Source: an uncultured Mycoplasmatota bacterium
Lineage (GTDB): Bacteria > Bacillota_I > Bacilli_A > RF39 > UBA660
Assembly (NCBI GenBank): GCA_900553855.1
Contig: USFG01000008.1
Location: 1,178-65,177, forward strand
DNA: 64,000 nucleotides
Reading direction: 5' to 3'
The position numbers were made by a program, and so were the translations under genes. Positions 26,474 to 35,399 of this stretch are shown here, one piece after another. Within the stretch, counting starts at the first letter, position 1. The number at the start of each line of letters is the position of its first letter. The notes beneath the pieces were generated by a model. It saw only the letters and a program-made list of their open reading frames with translations, did not search any database and was not told the origin of the DNA.

Positions 26474-28151
26474 ATTCTATATAAATCACATTACTATTAT
26501 CGTTCTCATTATCATATTCTTTGGTATTTAATATCGTAATTATGTTATTACTTATTGGTATCTTCTCAACATTCTGATAATATTTTATTTTTTTCTTTTT
26601 TAATTCTTTTATTAGATTTGTTTCTAGTTCATTAAAACTATCATTATTTAAAACAATATTTTTTACTTTATAATTATTTATTAAATAAATACTATCTCCC
26701 ATATGATCAAAATCTCCATGAGTTAGAATAAGATAATCTATATGTGAATAACCTAATGACTTCAAAAGTTTAATACATCCTGAACTAACGTTATAATTAC
26801 TTGAACCACCAGTGTCATTCATCACTACAATATCATTGTATATAATTAAAGATGAATCGCCTTGCCCAACATCTAGATAATAAACATAATTATTGTGATC
26901 TATAAATGGTTTTAATTTAAATGATAAAAGATATAAACAAGCTATTAAAATATATTTCTTATTGTTAGATTCAATATATAAATAAATTAAAAGATAATAA
27001 ATTAAATAAAAAATAATATGGACTTTAGGAACAATTATATTTAAAGAAAATATGCTACTTATATTATTAATAAACTCAAGTAAATTTATGGTTAAATTAT
27101 AGATTGGTTCCAAAAATTTTAAAAGAAAAGTTAATAAACTTAAAGGATAAATAATAAATGTGATTAATGGGACATTTATTAAGTTATTTAAAATAGATAA
27201 TAAATTTAATTCATAATTGTTATAAAAAGTTATTGGTACACTAAATAAAAGAGCTATAAATGAAGTTATAAATAGATTGTAAAAATAATTCTTTTTATAA
27301 TATTTAGTGCTCACTATTAAGCCAAATGTTACTAAGCCTGAATATTGGAAACCAATATCAAAAACAATTAAGGGGTTATAAATCATGATTATGGATAAGG
27401 TTATTAGCAAGGCATTTTTGGTACTTATATTTAAATCTAGTTTCTTATTTAATTTAAGAATAATAAAAAAGATTATTGTCCTTAGGATACTAGCTGAAAA
27501 GTTAGTTAAAGTTATATAAAATAATAGGAAAATAATAACTATTAAATCTTTATGTTTAAATTTATTTACTAATTTATAAATTATTAGTGAAAGCATACTA
27601 ATATGCATACCACTTAAGGCAAATAGATGACTTATACCATTGTTTTGATAGGTTTTATAAAATTCTAAATCAGTTTTATCACCAATTATAAAAGCATTTA
27701 AATATCCGTTATTCGTATAATTACTTGTTTTATCTAAAATATATTTTTTAATTTTAAAGGTAATATTTTGATTCTTTTTTATTATTTTTAATTCTTTTGC
27801 ATACATTATGTAAAATATGTGGTTGTTATATAAATATTTTTGATAGTCAAAATTATTAGGAATAGTTGCTTTCTTAGGTAGAGTGTATTCTCCTTTTACA
27901 ACTACTTTATCACCTAATTCGATATTCTCAATATTACTTATATAGACTATTAATTTTTCTTTACCTTTGATAGTTAATTTAAAGGAGTTTTCTTTTTTAA
28001 CAATGGTAGTTACTATACCAGTAAAATCTTCATTTACATTAATCTTACTGGTATAGCCTATCTTTACTTTAATACCAACGTACAAAATGGTTGCGATTAA
28101 TAGACAATAATATATTTTATTAGACTGTAATATTATCTTTAATCTTGTCAT
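26151..28151 (-). CDS. comEC: DNA internalisation competence protein ComEC/Rec2
   Basis: 666 aa with an N-terminal OB-like region, a polytopic competence domain, and a C-terminal metallo-beta-lactamase domain (LTHGDFDHMGD, HHGSKTS). Confidence 0.9.
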   Translation of the reverse strand: MTRLKIILQSNKIYYCLLIATILYVGIKVKIGYTSKINVNEDFTGIVTTIVKKENSFKLTIKGKEKLIVYISNIENIELGDKVVVKGEYTLPKKATIPNNFDYQKYLYNNHIFYIMYAKELKIIKKNQNITFKIKKYILDKTSNYTNNGYLNAFIIGDKTDLEFYKTYQNNGISHLFALSGMHISMLSLIIYKLVNKFKHKDLIVIIFLLFYITLTNFSASILRTIIFFIILKLNKKLDLNISTKNALLITLSIIMIYNPLIVFDIGFQYSGLVTFGLIVSTKYYKKNYFYNLFITSFIALLFSVPITFYNNYELNLLSILNNLINVPLITFIIYPLSLLTFLLKFLEPIYNLTINLLEFINNISSIFSLNIIVPKVHIIFYLIYYLLIYLYIESNNKKYILIACLYLLSFKLKPFIDHNNYVYYLDVGQGDSSLIIYNDIVVMNDTGGSSNYNVSSGCIKLLKSLGYSHIDYLILTHGDFDHMGDSIYLINNYKVKNIVLNNDSFNELETNLIKELKKKKIKYYQNVEKIPISNNIITILNTKEYDNENDNSNVIYIELNNYKFMFMGDAGVDKEKDILERYNISNIDVLKVGHHGSKTSSSKSFINKINPKYSIISVGKNNRYGHPNKEVLNNLDHSKIYRTDEDGSIIFKIKNNKLKIETCSP

Positions 28152-28800
28152 AGATTGTCTTACTTATACCACTTACGTTAATAATATCTTCAGTAGTTTT
28201 AAAATTACCATTTTTAGTACGATATTCAATAATAGCATCTGCTTTACTTGAACCAATACCACTTATAGTCATAAGTTTTTCTTTGCTATCAGTATTGATA
28301 TTGATTTTAGTTTTTTCATTATTCGTTGATTCATTAGTAGTATTTTTATCAACACAATTATTAACTTCAATAGTTTCACATTTGCACTCGGCAACATTAT
28401 TTACTTGCTCAAACGCTTTTGTAGTTGTTAATTCATTTTTATTAAACACATAAATAACCATTTCATTAGTTAACTTTTTGCTAAGATTTAAGTTATTTGT
28501 AGTGGCATTTTTAGTTAAACCACCAGCTTTATTAATAGCGTCGATAATTCTATCACCTTGAGTAAACTCATATACGCCTGGTTTTTTAACACTACCTTTA
28601 ATATCAAAATATAATTTAACTTCTTCTTGTTTTGCAACTTCATTAACTTCTTTAGTTATTATTTCATTATTAGCAACAAAATTATCTTCTACTTCTGTTT
28701 TTTCATTATTTAATTTAAAAAAAGCAATAGTAGATGCTGCTAACAGTAGCAAACAGAACACTAATATTAAATATTTTTTATAATATGATATTTTTTCCAT
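28120..28800 (-). CDS. comEA: ComEA DNA receptor (SLBB + helix-hairpin-helix)
   Basis: TM anchor, GSVKKPGVYEF..GDRIIDAINKAGG, and a C-terminal ISGIGSSKADAIIEYR HhH. Confidence 0.85.
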   Translation of the reverse strand: MEKISYYKKYLILVFCLLLLAASTIAFFKLNNEKTEVEDNFVANNEIITKEVNEVAKQEEVKLYFDIKGSVKKPGVYEFTQGDRIIDAINKAGGLTKNATTNNLNLSKKLTNEMVIYVFNKNELTTTKAFEQVNNVAECKCETIEVNNCVDKNTTNESTNNEKTKININTDSKEKLMTISGIGSSKADAIIEYRTKNGNFKTTEDIINVSGISKTIYDKIKDNITV

Positions 28801-28853
28801 AATTACCTCCTTCTACTAATATATATAGCCAAAAAAAGTTCATTTTACTTTTT

Positions 28854-29582
28854 TTATTTGAAAATTTTTTCTAAAACTTTAATTTCATTTGAATTATTTA
28901 TAAAATTTATTCTGTTTTTGTAAATTTGTTTAATTGATTTAATATATTTCACTTTTTTAAAATTTGGTTTATACAAATATCTTTCTAATAAAAATTTGTT
29001 ATATATAATATTGATATTTAATAACTCTTCATATGTCTTAAAAAGACTTATAAACAATATATTTATTAAATCTAAAGATAGTTTTAAGCAAAAGGTTAAT
29101 ATAACAATGATAATAATACTAATTATACATTTTATGTATATAACAATTTTAAAAGGGATTATGCTTTCTAGCAATGATTCTAATATTTTAGATCCATCTA
29201 AGGGTATAATTGGCAAAAGATTAAATATAATTATAAGTTTGTTGTATTTATTAAATATATCCAGAGATATTGCATTTATTAAATTATATTTAAATAATAT
29301 ATTTGCAATAATAAATAATATAATTTGAAATATTACTCCAGAAATTGAAAGTAAAAATTTAATTATAGTTTTTTCGCTTAACTTAATGTTACTTTCTATT
29401 ATACTTCCGAATGGTAAAATAATAAGTTTGGATACACTTATTTTAAATATTTTCATAGTTATTAAGTGACCTAAATCATGAATAAAAATTATAGATGCTA
29501 TTATGAAGAAATAGTTAAAACGACCACATAAAAATAATATTAAGGCTAAAATGATTGTTAAAGGATGAATATCTATTTTCAT
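28854..29582 (-). CDS. spoIVFB: SpoIVFB-like M50 site-2 metalloprotease with an HDxxH variant motif
   Basis: FIHDLGHLI and NLLPIIPLDGSKIL. Lies downstream of the spoIVFA-like gene, as in Bacillus. Confidence 0.7.
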   Translation of the reverse strand: MKIDIHPLTIILALILFLCGRFNYFFIIASIIFIHDLGHLITMKIFKISVSKLIILPFGSIIESNIKLSEKTIIKFLLSISGVIFQIILFIIANILFKYNLINAISLDIFNKYNKLIIIFNLLPIIPLDGSKILESLLESIIPFKIVIYIKCIISIIIIVILTFCLKLSLDLINILFISLFKTYEELLNINIIYNKFLLERYLYKPNFKKVKYIKSIKQIYKNRINFINNSNEIKVLEKIFK

Positions 29583-29621
29583 ATAATAATTTATTCAAAA
29601 CAAAAAGATAATATTTCTAAA

Positions 29622-30149
29622 TTATAAATAATCATTATAATCTAAAATTTTATTATCTTTCATAAATAACACATATAGTTTGTTGTCTTTGGCTTGGCAA
29701 ATTATATTTTTAGTTTCAACGTAATCATAGAGCTTTACACCTAAATTAGTTATATTTCCATACCAATAGTCAATCCCATCCATTCCTTGAATAATTACTG
29801 TATTTCCGTAGTCTTCTTTTTCACCTATAAAAACTACAATACCACTTTTAAATGGATAAACATTATTAATATCATTTAACACTGCTCCATCTTTATAGGC
29901 ATTAAATGAGGCATACTTTATTTCCTTATTTACTGCTGTAACATTTTCATCAACAATTAATGTTTTGCCAAAAATTTTATTAATAGCAGTACTTAATTTA
30001 CTAAATTTCAAGTTCTTATCGTAAACATTATTTTTGTAAAATAATAAAAATTTATCACTTCGATTGATAAGAATACCAACAACTAAAAATAATAATATGC
30101 TTAATAATACTCTGATAAAAAGTGATTTTATAAATTTTTTTTTATTCAT
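29622..30149 (-). CDS. spoIVFA: SpoIVFA-like protein (TM + degenerate LytM/M23 domain)
   Basis: N-terminal TM and a C-terminal GIVVFIGEKEDYGNTVIIQGMDGIDYWYGNI region. Position between mreD and spoIVFB. Confidence 0.5.
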   Translation of the reverse strand: MNKKKFIKSLFIRVLLSILLFLVVGILINRSDKFLLFYKNNVYDKNLKFSKLSTAINKIFGKTLIVDENVTAVNKEIKYASFNAYKDGAVLNDINNVYPFKSGIVVFIGEKEDYGNTVIIQGMDGIDYWYGNITNLGVKLYDYVETKNIICQAKDNKLYVLFMKDNKILDYNDYL

Positions 30150-30525
30150 TATATTCCGCTTTCTTATTTAATATTTTTAATCCTATATAATAATATATTA
30201 AATTGTATGGTAAATTATTTATTAAAAATTTAATTATATATAAATTAAATTTGTTAAAAATGCTATATAAAATGATGGAAAATAAAAAGTAATAAATTAT
30301 CAAAAATATGTATTTATTTATAAAATTGTTGTTTAAATATTTAAAAATGTTTTTATTTAGCAAATATAATAATGTTATTGTAATTGTAACAAATGGAATT
30401 CCATTTATTATTAAATCTATAATTAATAGATAATATAATAATTTATCATTTAAACAAAAAAGAAATAGTATAATAGATAATAAATAAACATTAAAACAAT
30501 TAAGAGATAAAAAATCAATTATCAT
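30142..30525 (-). CDS. mreD: probable MreD
   Basis: 127-aa polytopic hydrophobic protein directly after mreC. Called by position only. Confidence 0.4.
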   Translation of the reverse strand: MIIDFLSLNCFNVYLLSIILFLFCLNDKLLYYLLIIDLIINGIPFVTITITLLYLLNKNIFKYLNNNFINKYIFLIIYYFLFSIILYSIFNKFNLYIIKFLINNLPYNLIYYYIGLKILNKKAEYNE

Positions 30526-30527
30526 AA

Positions 30528-31151
30528 TTAAATGCTTCTAATTAAAACATAATTAATATTGCTTAAATCAATAGTTTTAATAGTTAATTTTTTATTTAAA
30601 TTATTATTATCTATTTTAATAACTTTACCAATATAAGAATTATTAATACTATAAACTTTGTCATTTATATTCACATTTTCTACTTCACTAACAATTAAAT
30701 TATTATCTATATCGCTATCAATTATCTTGCCATATTCATTATTTATTTTAACTGGAACTCTAGAATTGTAAATATATTTAATTTCCGAATACTTATCATT
30801 AATTTTGGATATAAAACCAATTAAACCATCATTATTTAATACTTCATCATTAATATTATAATTTGTGCCATTAATAATTAATTTATCAAAACTATAATTA
30901 TTTTTATAAACATTAGATATATAGTAATCTTCATTTATATTAATATTGTTTTTAAAATCTAATAAGTTATTATATTCATTTTTTAATCTATTTATCTCGC
31001 TGTTTAAGTAATTTATTTCTATATTATTATCCTTTATAAAAAAAGACTTTAAAGTGTTATTTATTAAATTAACTAAACTATTACGAGATATTACTACTAA
31101 TAATATTATTAATAAAAATATATATTTATTATTTTTCATATAATATTTCAC
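30528..31151 (-). CDS. mreC: probable MreC (short, divergent)
   Basis: TM, a coiled coil (LNSEINRLKNEYNNLLDFKN), then a beta-rich domain. Lies downstream of radC. Confidence 0.55.
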   Translation of the reverse strand: MKYYMKNNKYIFLLIILLVVISRNSLVNLINNTLKSFFIKDNNIEINYLNSEINRLKNEYNNLLDFKNNININEDYYISNVYKNNYSFDKLIINGTNYNINDEVLNNDGLIGFISKINDKYSEIKYIYNSRVPVKINNEYGKIIDSDIDNNLIVSEVENVNINDKVYSINNSYIGKVIKIDNNNLNKKLTIKTIDLSNINYVLIRSI

Positions 31152-31812
31152 CTTCTAGGAAACTATAATAAGATTTTCCACAAGTTATTATATGATCTAT
31201 TAATGGTATTTCAACTATATTTGATGAGGCAAGTAATTTATTAGTTAACAGTTTATCAGCATTTGATGGCTCGGGATTACCTGAAGGATGATTATGCATA
31301 ATAATTATTCCTGATGCATGATTCGTTATTGCATAGTTAAGTATTTCTTTAATGCTTACTAAACTTGAAGTATCAGTACCTTTAAACATTATTTTATAAT
31401 CAATCATTTTCTTCATATTATTAACTAATATAACCAATAATTCTTCTTGTTTGGATTTTACAATCAAATTAGAAAAGTATTTATTTACTTTTTCACTATT
31501 ATTAAGAGAAATTTTATTATCGATAACTAAATTGTTTACTCTTTTTCCTAATTCAATAGCGGCTAATAAATTAATTGCTTTCGCTTCACCAATGCCTTTA
31601 ATTGATGTCAATTCTTTTACGGTTAGATTATTTAAATCATTTAAACTTTTTATTTGATTTAATATTTTAATACTAAGTTCTCTTACGTTTATATCTTTAG
31701 TACCTGTTCCAAGTATAATTGAAATTAAATCTTCATTAGATAAATTTTCAGCACCATATTTTATTAATCTTTCTCTAGGTCGCTCATTCTTTGGTATTTC
31801 TTTTAACTTCAT
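31129..31812 (-). CDS. radC: RadC-family JAMM protein
   Basis: N-terminal ERPRERL and HhH (IKGIGEAKA), C-terminal HNHPSGNPEPSNADK. Confidence 0.9.
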   Translation of the reverse strand: MKLKEIPKNERPRERLIKYGAENLSNEDLISIILGTGTKDINVRELSIKILNQIKSLNDLNNLTVKELTSIKGIGEAKAINLLAAIELGKRVNNLVIDNKISLNNSEKVNKYFSNLIVKSKQEELLVILVNNMKKMIDYKIMFKGTDTSSLVSIKEILNYAITNHASGIIIMHNHPSGNPEPSNADKLLTNKLLASSNIVEIPLIDHIITCGKSYYSFLEGEILYEK

Positions 31813-32216
31813 ATTTCTCCTCCATAACTTTCCATTATAACTTCATTTATAGCCTTAAAGGCATCATCACTAACGTTTATCATACTTTTTTCATACTTGT
31901 TTAAAGCTTTAATTAAACCATTATCATTAACAATTATTTCTTTCTTATAATAAGCTATTTTATTTTTATTAAGATAATCTTCCATTTTAGCAATAGCATC
32001 ATCATTAGAAAGAATACTGTAATATAATCTGTAGACGTCATCGTCTTTGATTAGTATAGAGGAGGGATATTTTTTATTATATTCTTTTGCTAATGTAACA
32101 TCTTTATAAACACCTAATTGAAAGCCAGTCATTTTAATATTTTGATAATCAAATATTAAGTTAGCTATTAGGTATCCTAAAATTAACGCTAGTAAATAAG
32201 GTATTACTTTTTTCAT
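31809..32216 (-). CDS. membrane-anchored protein with a possible SPOR-like domain
   Basis: TM, then GFQLGVYKDVTLAKEYNKKY...YRLYYS. Tentative call. Confidence 0.4.
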   Translation of the reverse strand: MKKVIPYLLALILGYLIANLIFDYQNIKMTGFQLGVYKDVTLAKEYNKKYPSSILIKDDDVYRLYYSILSNDDAIAKMEDYLNKNKIAYYKKEIIVNDNGLIKALNKYEKSMINVSDDAFKAINEVIMESYGGEI

Positions 32217-32405
32217 ATATTATCACCATCATTAATATACGACTATATTTATGATTATTTTGTCGTTATTTGAAATAATACCTCTAAATATTAAATATTA
32301 TATTTTTATCAACTATTCTTTTTTAAAGTTGTAATTAATATTATATATAGCATACATATGTTTGTCAATATATTTTGCTATAAAAAAAGTTGCAAATCTT
32401 GCAAC

Positions 32406-32843
32406 TTATGATAATCTTTCTTTAACTAATTTACTAACTTTAGCCATATCACATCTAGCACCATATTCACTAGAAATAGTTTTAATAACCATTCCCATTT
32501 GTTTAATGCTTTCAGCTTTTACTTTTGTAATTGTTTCTTTAACTATTTTTTCTAATTCTTCATCAGATAATTCTTCTGGTAAATATTCATTTAAAATATC
32601 TATTTCTTTTTGTAATGAATCAGCTAAATCCATACGATTATAACTAGCATATTCATTCATTGAATCTTTTCTAGTTTTAACTTGTTTTTTAATTATTGCT
32701 AAAACTTCATCATCGGTTAAAGGACTTTTTTTATTAATTTCTTCATTTTTTAAAGCACTTTTAAGCATTCTTAATACTGATGTTCTAAATGTATCTTTAG
32801 CTTTCATAGCTTCGGTTAAATCTTTTGTAATTTTTTCAAACAT
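32406..32843 (-). CDS. yqeY: GatB/YqeY domain protein
   Basis: 145 aa: ...LTEAMKAKDTFRTSVLRMLKSALKNEEI... Lies downstream of rpsU, as in Bacillus. Confidence 0.85.
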   Translation of the reverse strand: MFEKITKDLTEAMKAKDTFRTSVLRMLKSALKNEEINKKSPLTDDEVLAIIKKQVKTRKDSMNEYASYNRMDLADSLQKEIDILNEYLPEELSDEELEKIVKETITKVKAESIKQMGMVIKTISSEYGARCDMAKVSKLVKERLS

Positions 32844-32852
32844 AATATCAAC

Positions 32853-33047
32853 CTATTTTCTATTACGATTTTTCTTACGGAAATTTTTTAACATTTCTTT
32901 TTCTTTATTTTTTCTACGAACTCCCGGTTTTTCATATACTCTATGTTTTTTCATTTCTGAAGGGACTCCGCTACGGTTAACACTAACAATAAATCTTTTG
33001 ATTAATTTATCAGTTTCTTCACCAGATCTAGCAACTACCTTAGTCAT
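32853..33047 (-). CDS. rpsU: 30S ribosomal protein S21
   Basis: 64 aa and basic. ...FIVSVNRSGVPSEMKKHRVYEKPGVRRK matches the S21 pattern. Confidence 0.9.
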   Translation of the reverse strand: MTKVVARSGEETDKLIKRFIVSVNRSGVPSEMKKHRVYEKPGVRRKNKEKEMLKNFRKKNRNRK

Positions 33048-33178
33048 TTTCTATTCCCTCCCTTCAAATCAAGATTATTATATCACTTAATTTTAAATGG
33101 CACAATAAATTTTTTATACATATTGTTCTTTTTTACCATTTAAACAAAAAAACTCACATATAGTGAGAATAATTTTAT

Positions 33179-33739
33179 TTATGCACGAGATACATACTTT
33201 CCATCTTTAGTTGATACAATTATAGTTTCTCCTTCAGAGATGAACATAGGAACCTTAATTGTATAACCTGATTCAATTGTAGCATCTTTCATAGCATTAT
33301 TAGTTGTATTTCCTTTAACTGCATCAGTTGTTTCAGTAACTTTGTAATCAATTTTTTCAGGAAGAACAATTCCAAGAATTTCTCCTTCATACATTTGAAT
33401 TTCAATAACTAATCCTTCTTTTAAGAATTTAGCATCATCGCCAATAATTGATGATGATACTTCCATTTGAGAATAGTCATTAGTATTCATGAATACATAA
33501 TTATCATTTTCTTTGTATAAGAATTGCATTTGCATTTTTTCAACATGAGCTTTTTCTAGTTTTAAGTTAGTATTAAAAGTATCTTCAATAGTAGATCCTG
33601 TTCTTAAATCACGATATTTAATTCTAACAAAAGCAGGTCCTTTACCTGGCTTAACATGTTGAAAATCAACGATAGTTACTAATTTACCTTCTAATATTAA
33701 AGTCATACCATTTTTAATATCATTAATATTTACATTCAT
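33179..33739 (-). CDS. efp: elongation factor P
   Basis: 186 aa with FQHVKPGKGPAFVRIKYRDLRTG and three OB-like domains. Confidence 0.95.
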   Translation of the reverse strand: MNVNINDIKNGMTLILEGKLVTIVDFQHVKPGKGPAFVRIKYRDLRTGSTIEDTFNTNLKLEKAHVEKMQMQFLYKENDNYVFMNTNDYSQMEVSSSIIGDDAKFLKEGLVIEIQMYEGEILGIVLPEKIDYKVTETTDAVKGNTTNNAMKDATIESGYTIKVPMFISEGETIIVSTKDGKYVSRA

Positions 33740-33763
33740 AACTTTATTTCCTTACCTTTTTAA

Positions 33764-33931
33764 TTATTTGCTTTCTTTAAAAACTTGTATTTTACGACAA
33801 TTATTACAGAATTTCTTAATTTCTAATTTATCTGGAGTGTTTGCTTTATTCTTTTCGGATGGTCTAGTATAATGACCACAAACTGTACATTTTAGCGCAA
33901 TTGGTTCACGATTTTCATTTTTCTTTGCCAT
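33764..33931 (-). CDS. rpmG: 50S ribosomal protein L33
   Basis: Below the track's size cut-off. My translation is MAKKNENREPIALKCTVCGHYTRPSEKNKANTPDKLEIKKFCNNCRKIQVFKESK (55 aa, CxxC...CxxC). Confidence 0.85.
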   Translation of the reverse strand: MAKKNENREPIALKCTVCGHYTRPSEKNKANTPDKLEIKKFCNNCRKIQVFKESK

Positions 33932-34020
33932 TTTTATTCCTCCTTTTTTTCACCTAACGAAAGTATTATAACACACGAATTATACTAATTCAAACTATTT
34001 TTCTATGCTTTTTAACTGTT

Positions 34021-34875
34021 TTAACATTTTCTACCAATTTTTTCACCTAATTTAACAATTGTTTCAATGTCATTTGCACTATTAAATAAGATATCTTCAT
34101 CAATATTAACATTATTAATTATTAAGATTATGGTCGATGCTCCGAACTTAAAATAGCCTTTTTCTTCACCTTTAATAAATTCATAATTACTATGTTCATT
34201 AACTATTTTACCCACCATTAATGCACCCACTTCAATTTCGATTACATCTCCAAAGGTCTCGGTATGAAGTGTTGTCCACTCTCTTTCGTTTTGAGTAAAG
34301 ACATTTAAATTATTGGTAGCAATTGGTCTAACTGTATGTAAGACACCTTTAATGTGGTTATTTTCTTCTTGGTAACCTGAATCTATATAAGAATATCTAT
34401 GATAATCATCCACACATAAACGAAACACGAGAGCATAAGCATTATCCATATCTAATTTAATATTAGAATCTATTAAATTATTTAAAGTATATTTTGAATT
34501 CTTAATATTAAACACTAAATTTTTAGTAAGTTTATATACTTTTAACTTCGCATCACATGGACTTATTAAGTTATATTTGTCATCATTAATTTTTCTTTTA
34601 CCTTCTTTTATTTTTCTAGTAAAGAAATCATTAAATGATTTATAATCTTTCTTTTCATAATCATTCATATTAATATGATTATTTTTAATAAATTTCGGAA
34701 TCATATTTTTAGAAAAAATAGAGTTTTGATATATGCCAACTATTTTACTTATAAATGGTAATACGATTATTTTTAAAAGAATACGTCCTAACTTAGTTGT
34801 ATATAAAAATACATTTATTTTGCTTTCTTTAATAATAATTTGATTATTTAATCGATCTTTAACTTTATATTCCAT
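34021..34875 (-). CDS. psd: phosphatidylserine decarboxylase proenzyme
   Basis: 284 aa with CVDDYHRY and GYFKFGASTIILI (self-cleavage region). Confidence 0.85.
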   Translation of the reverse strand: MEYKVKDRLNNQIIIKESKINVFLYTTKLGRILLKIIVLPFISKIVGIYQNSIFSKNMIPKFIKNNHINMNDYEKKDYKSFNDFFTRKIKEGKRKINDDKYNLISPCDAKLKVYKLTKNLVFNIKNSKYTLNNLIDSNIKLDMDNAYALVFRLCVDDYHRYSYIDSGYQEENNHIKGVLHTVRPIATNNLNVFTQNEREWTTLHTETFGDVIEIEVGALMVGKIVNEHSNYEFIKGEEKGYFKFGASTIILIINNVNIDEDILFNSANDIETIVKLGEKIGRKC

Positions 34876-34917
34876 AATTCATCACAAAATAAGTATAACA
34901 AAAAAAGAAGCATTATT

Positions 34918-35343
34918 CTACTTCTTATTCTTAGCAGCTCTAACAGTCTTTTTAACTGAGTTAGTTTTCTTTTTAATGTCTTTTGTTACTTTATCTTTTG
35001 TTTTCTTAACTTTTGTTTCTAACTCTTTTTTCATCATTTCAATTTTACTTAATTCATTAGCATATGAAACAACTTGTTTCCAGTACATCATTTTTGCGAA
35101 TCCATATGATATTACTGCAATACCTAAAATTATAACAGTAGCTAAAATATAACTTCCAACAACTTCTTTAATTTCAGGATGAGATACACCATATAACATC
35201 ATTACTAAATATACTAAAATATCAAAGAAACCTACTACTTGAGGAATCATAGAAAATAGCCATATTTTTCTACCTATTCTACTGTTATTAAAATCAGATG
35301 CTAATTTTTGAATACTTTCCTCACTCATATTGTAAACGTTCAT
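34918..35343 (-). CDS. membrane protein with a Lys-rich C-terminal tail
   Basis: 141 aa with 3 hydrophobic segments and a KKTKDKVTKDIKKK tail. Confidence 0.5.
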   Translation of the reverse strand: MNVYNMSEESIQKLASDFNNSRIGRKIWLFSMIPQVVGFFDILVYLVMMLYGVSHPEIKEVVGSYILATVIILGIAVISYGFAKMMYWKQVVSYANELSKIEMMKKELETKVKKTKDKVTKDIKKKTNSVKKTVRAAKNKK

Positions 35344-35399
35344 AAATACTCCTTCTCTATACTATAAAAATTTTATCACATTTAAATTATAATATAAAG

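Noticed and set aside
33140-33178. Hairpin CTCAC/GTGAG followed by a T7 run downstream of efp, considered as a terminator.
   Set aside because: The stem is only 5 bp. It is plausible but too weak to list as a feature.
34021-34875. The Psd self-cleavage motif reads FGAST rather than the usual (L/G)GST.
   Set aside because: The Ser-Thr of the cleavage site is present, and variation at the preceding residue is plausible within the family. I cannot judge its significance without an alignment.
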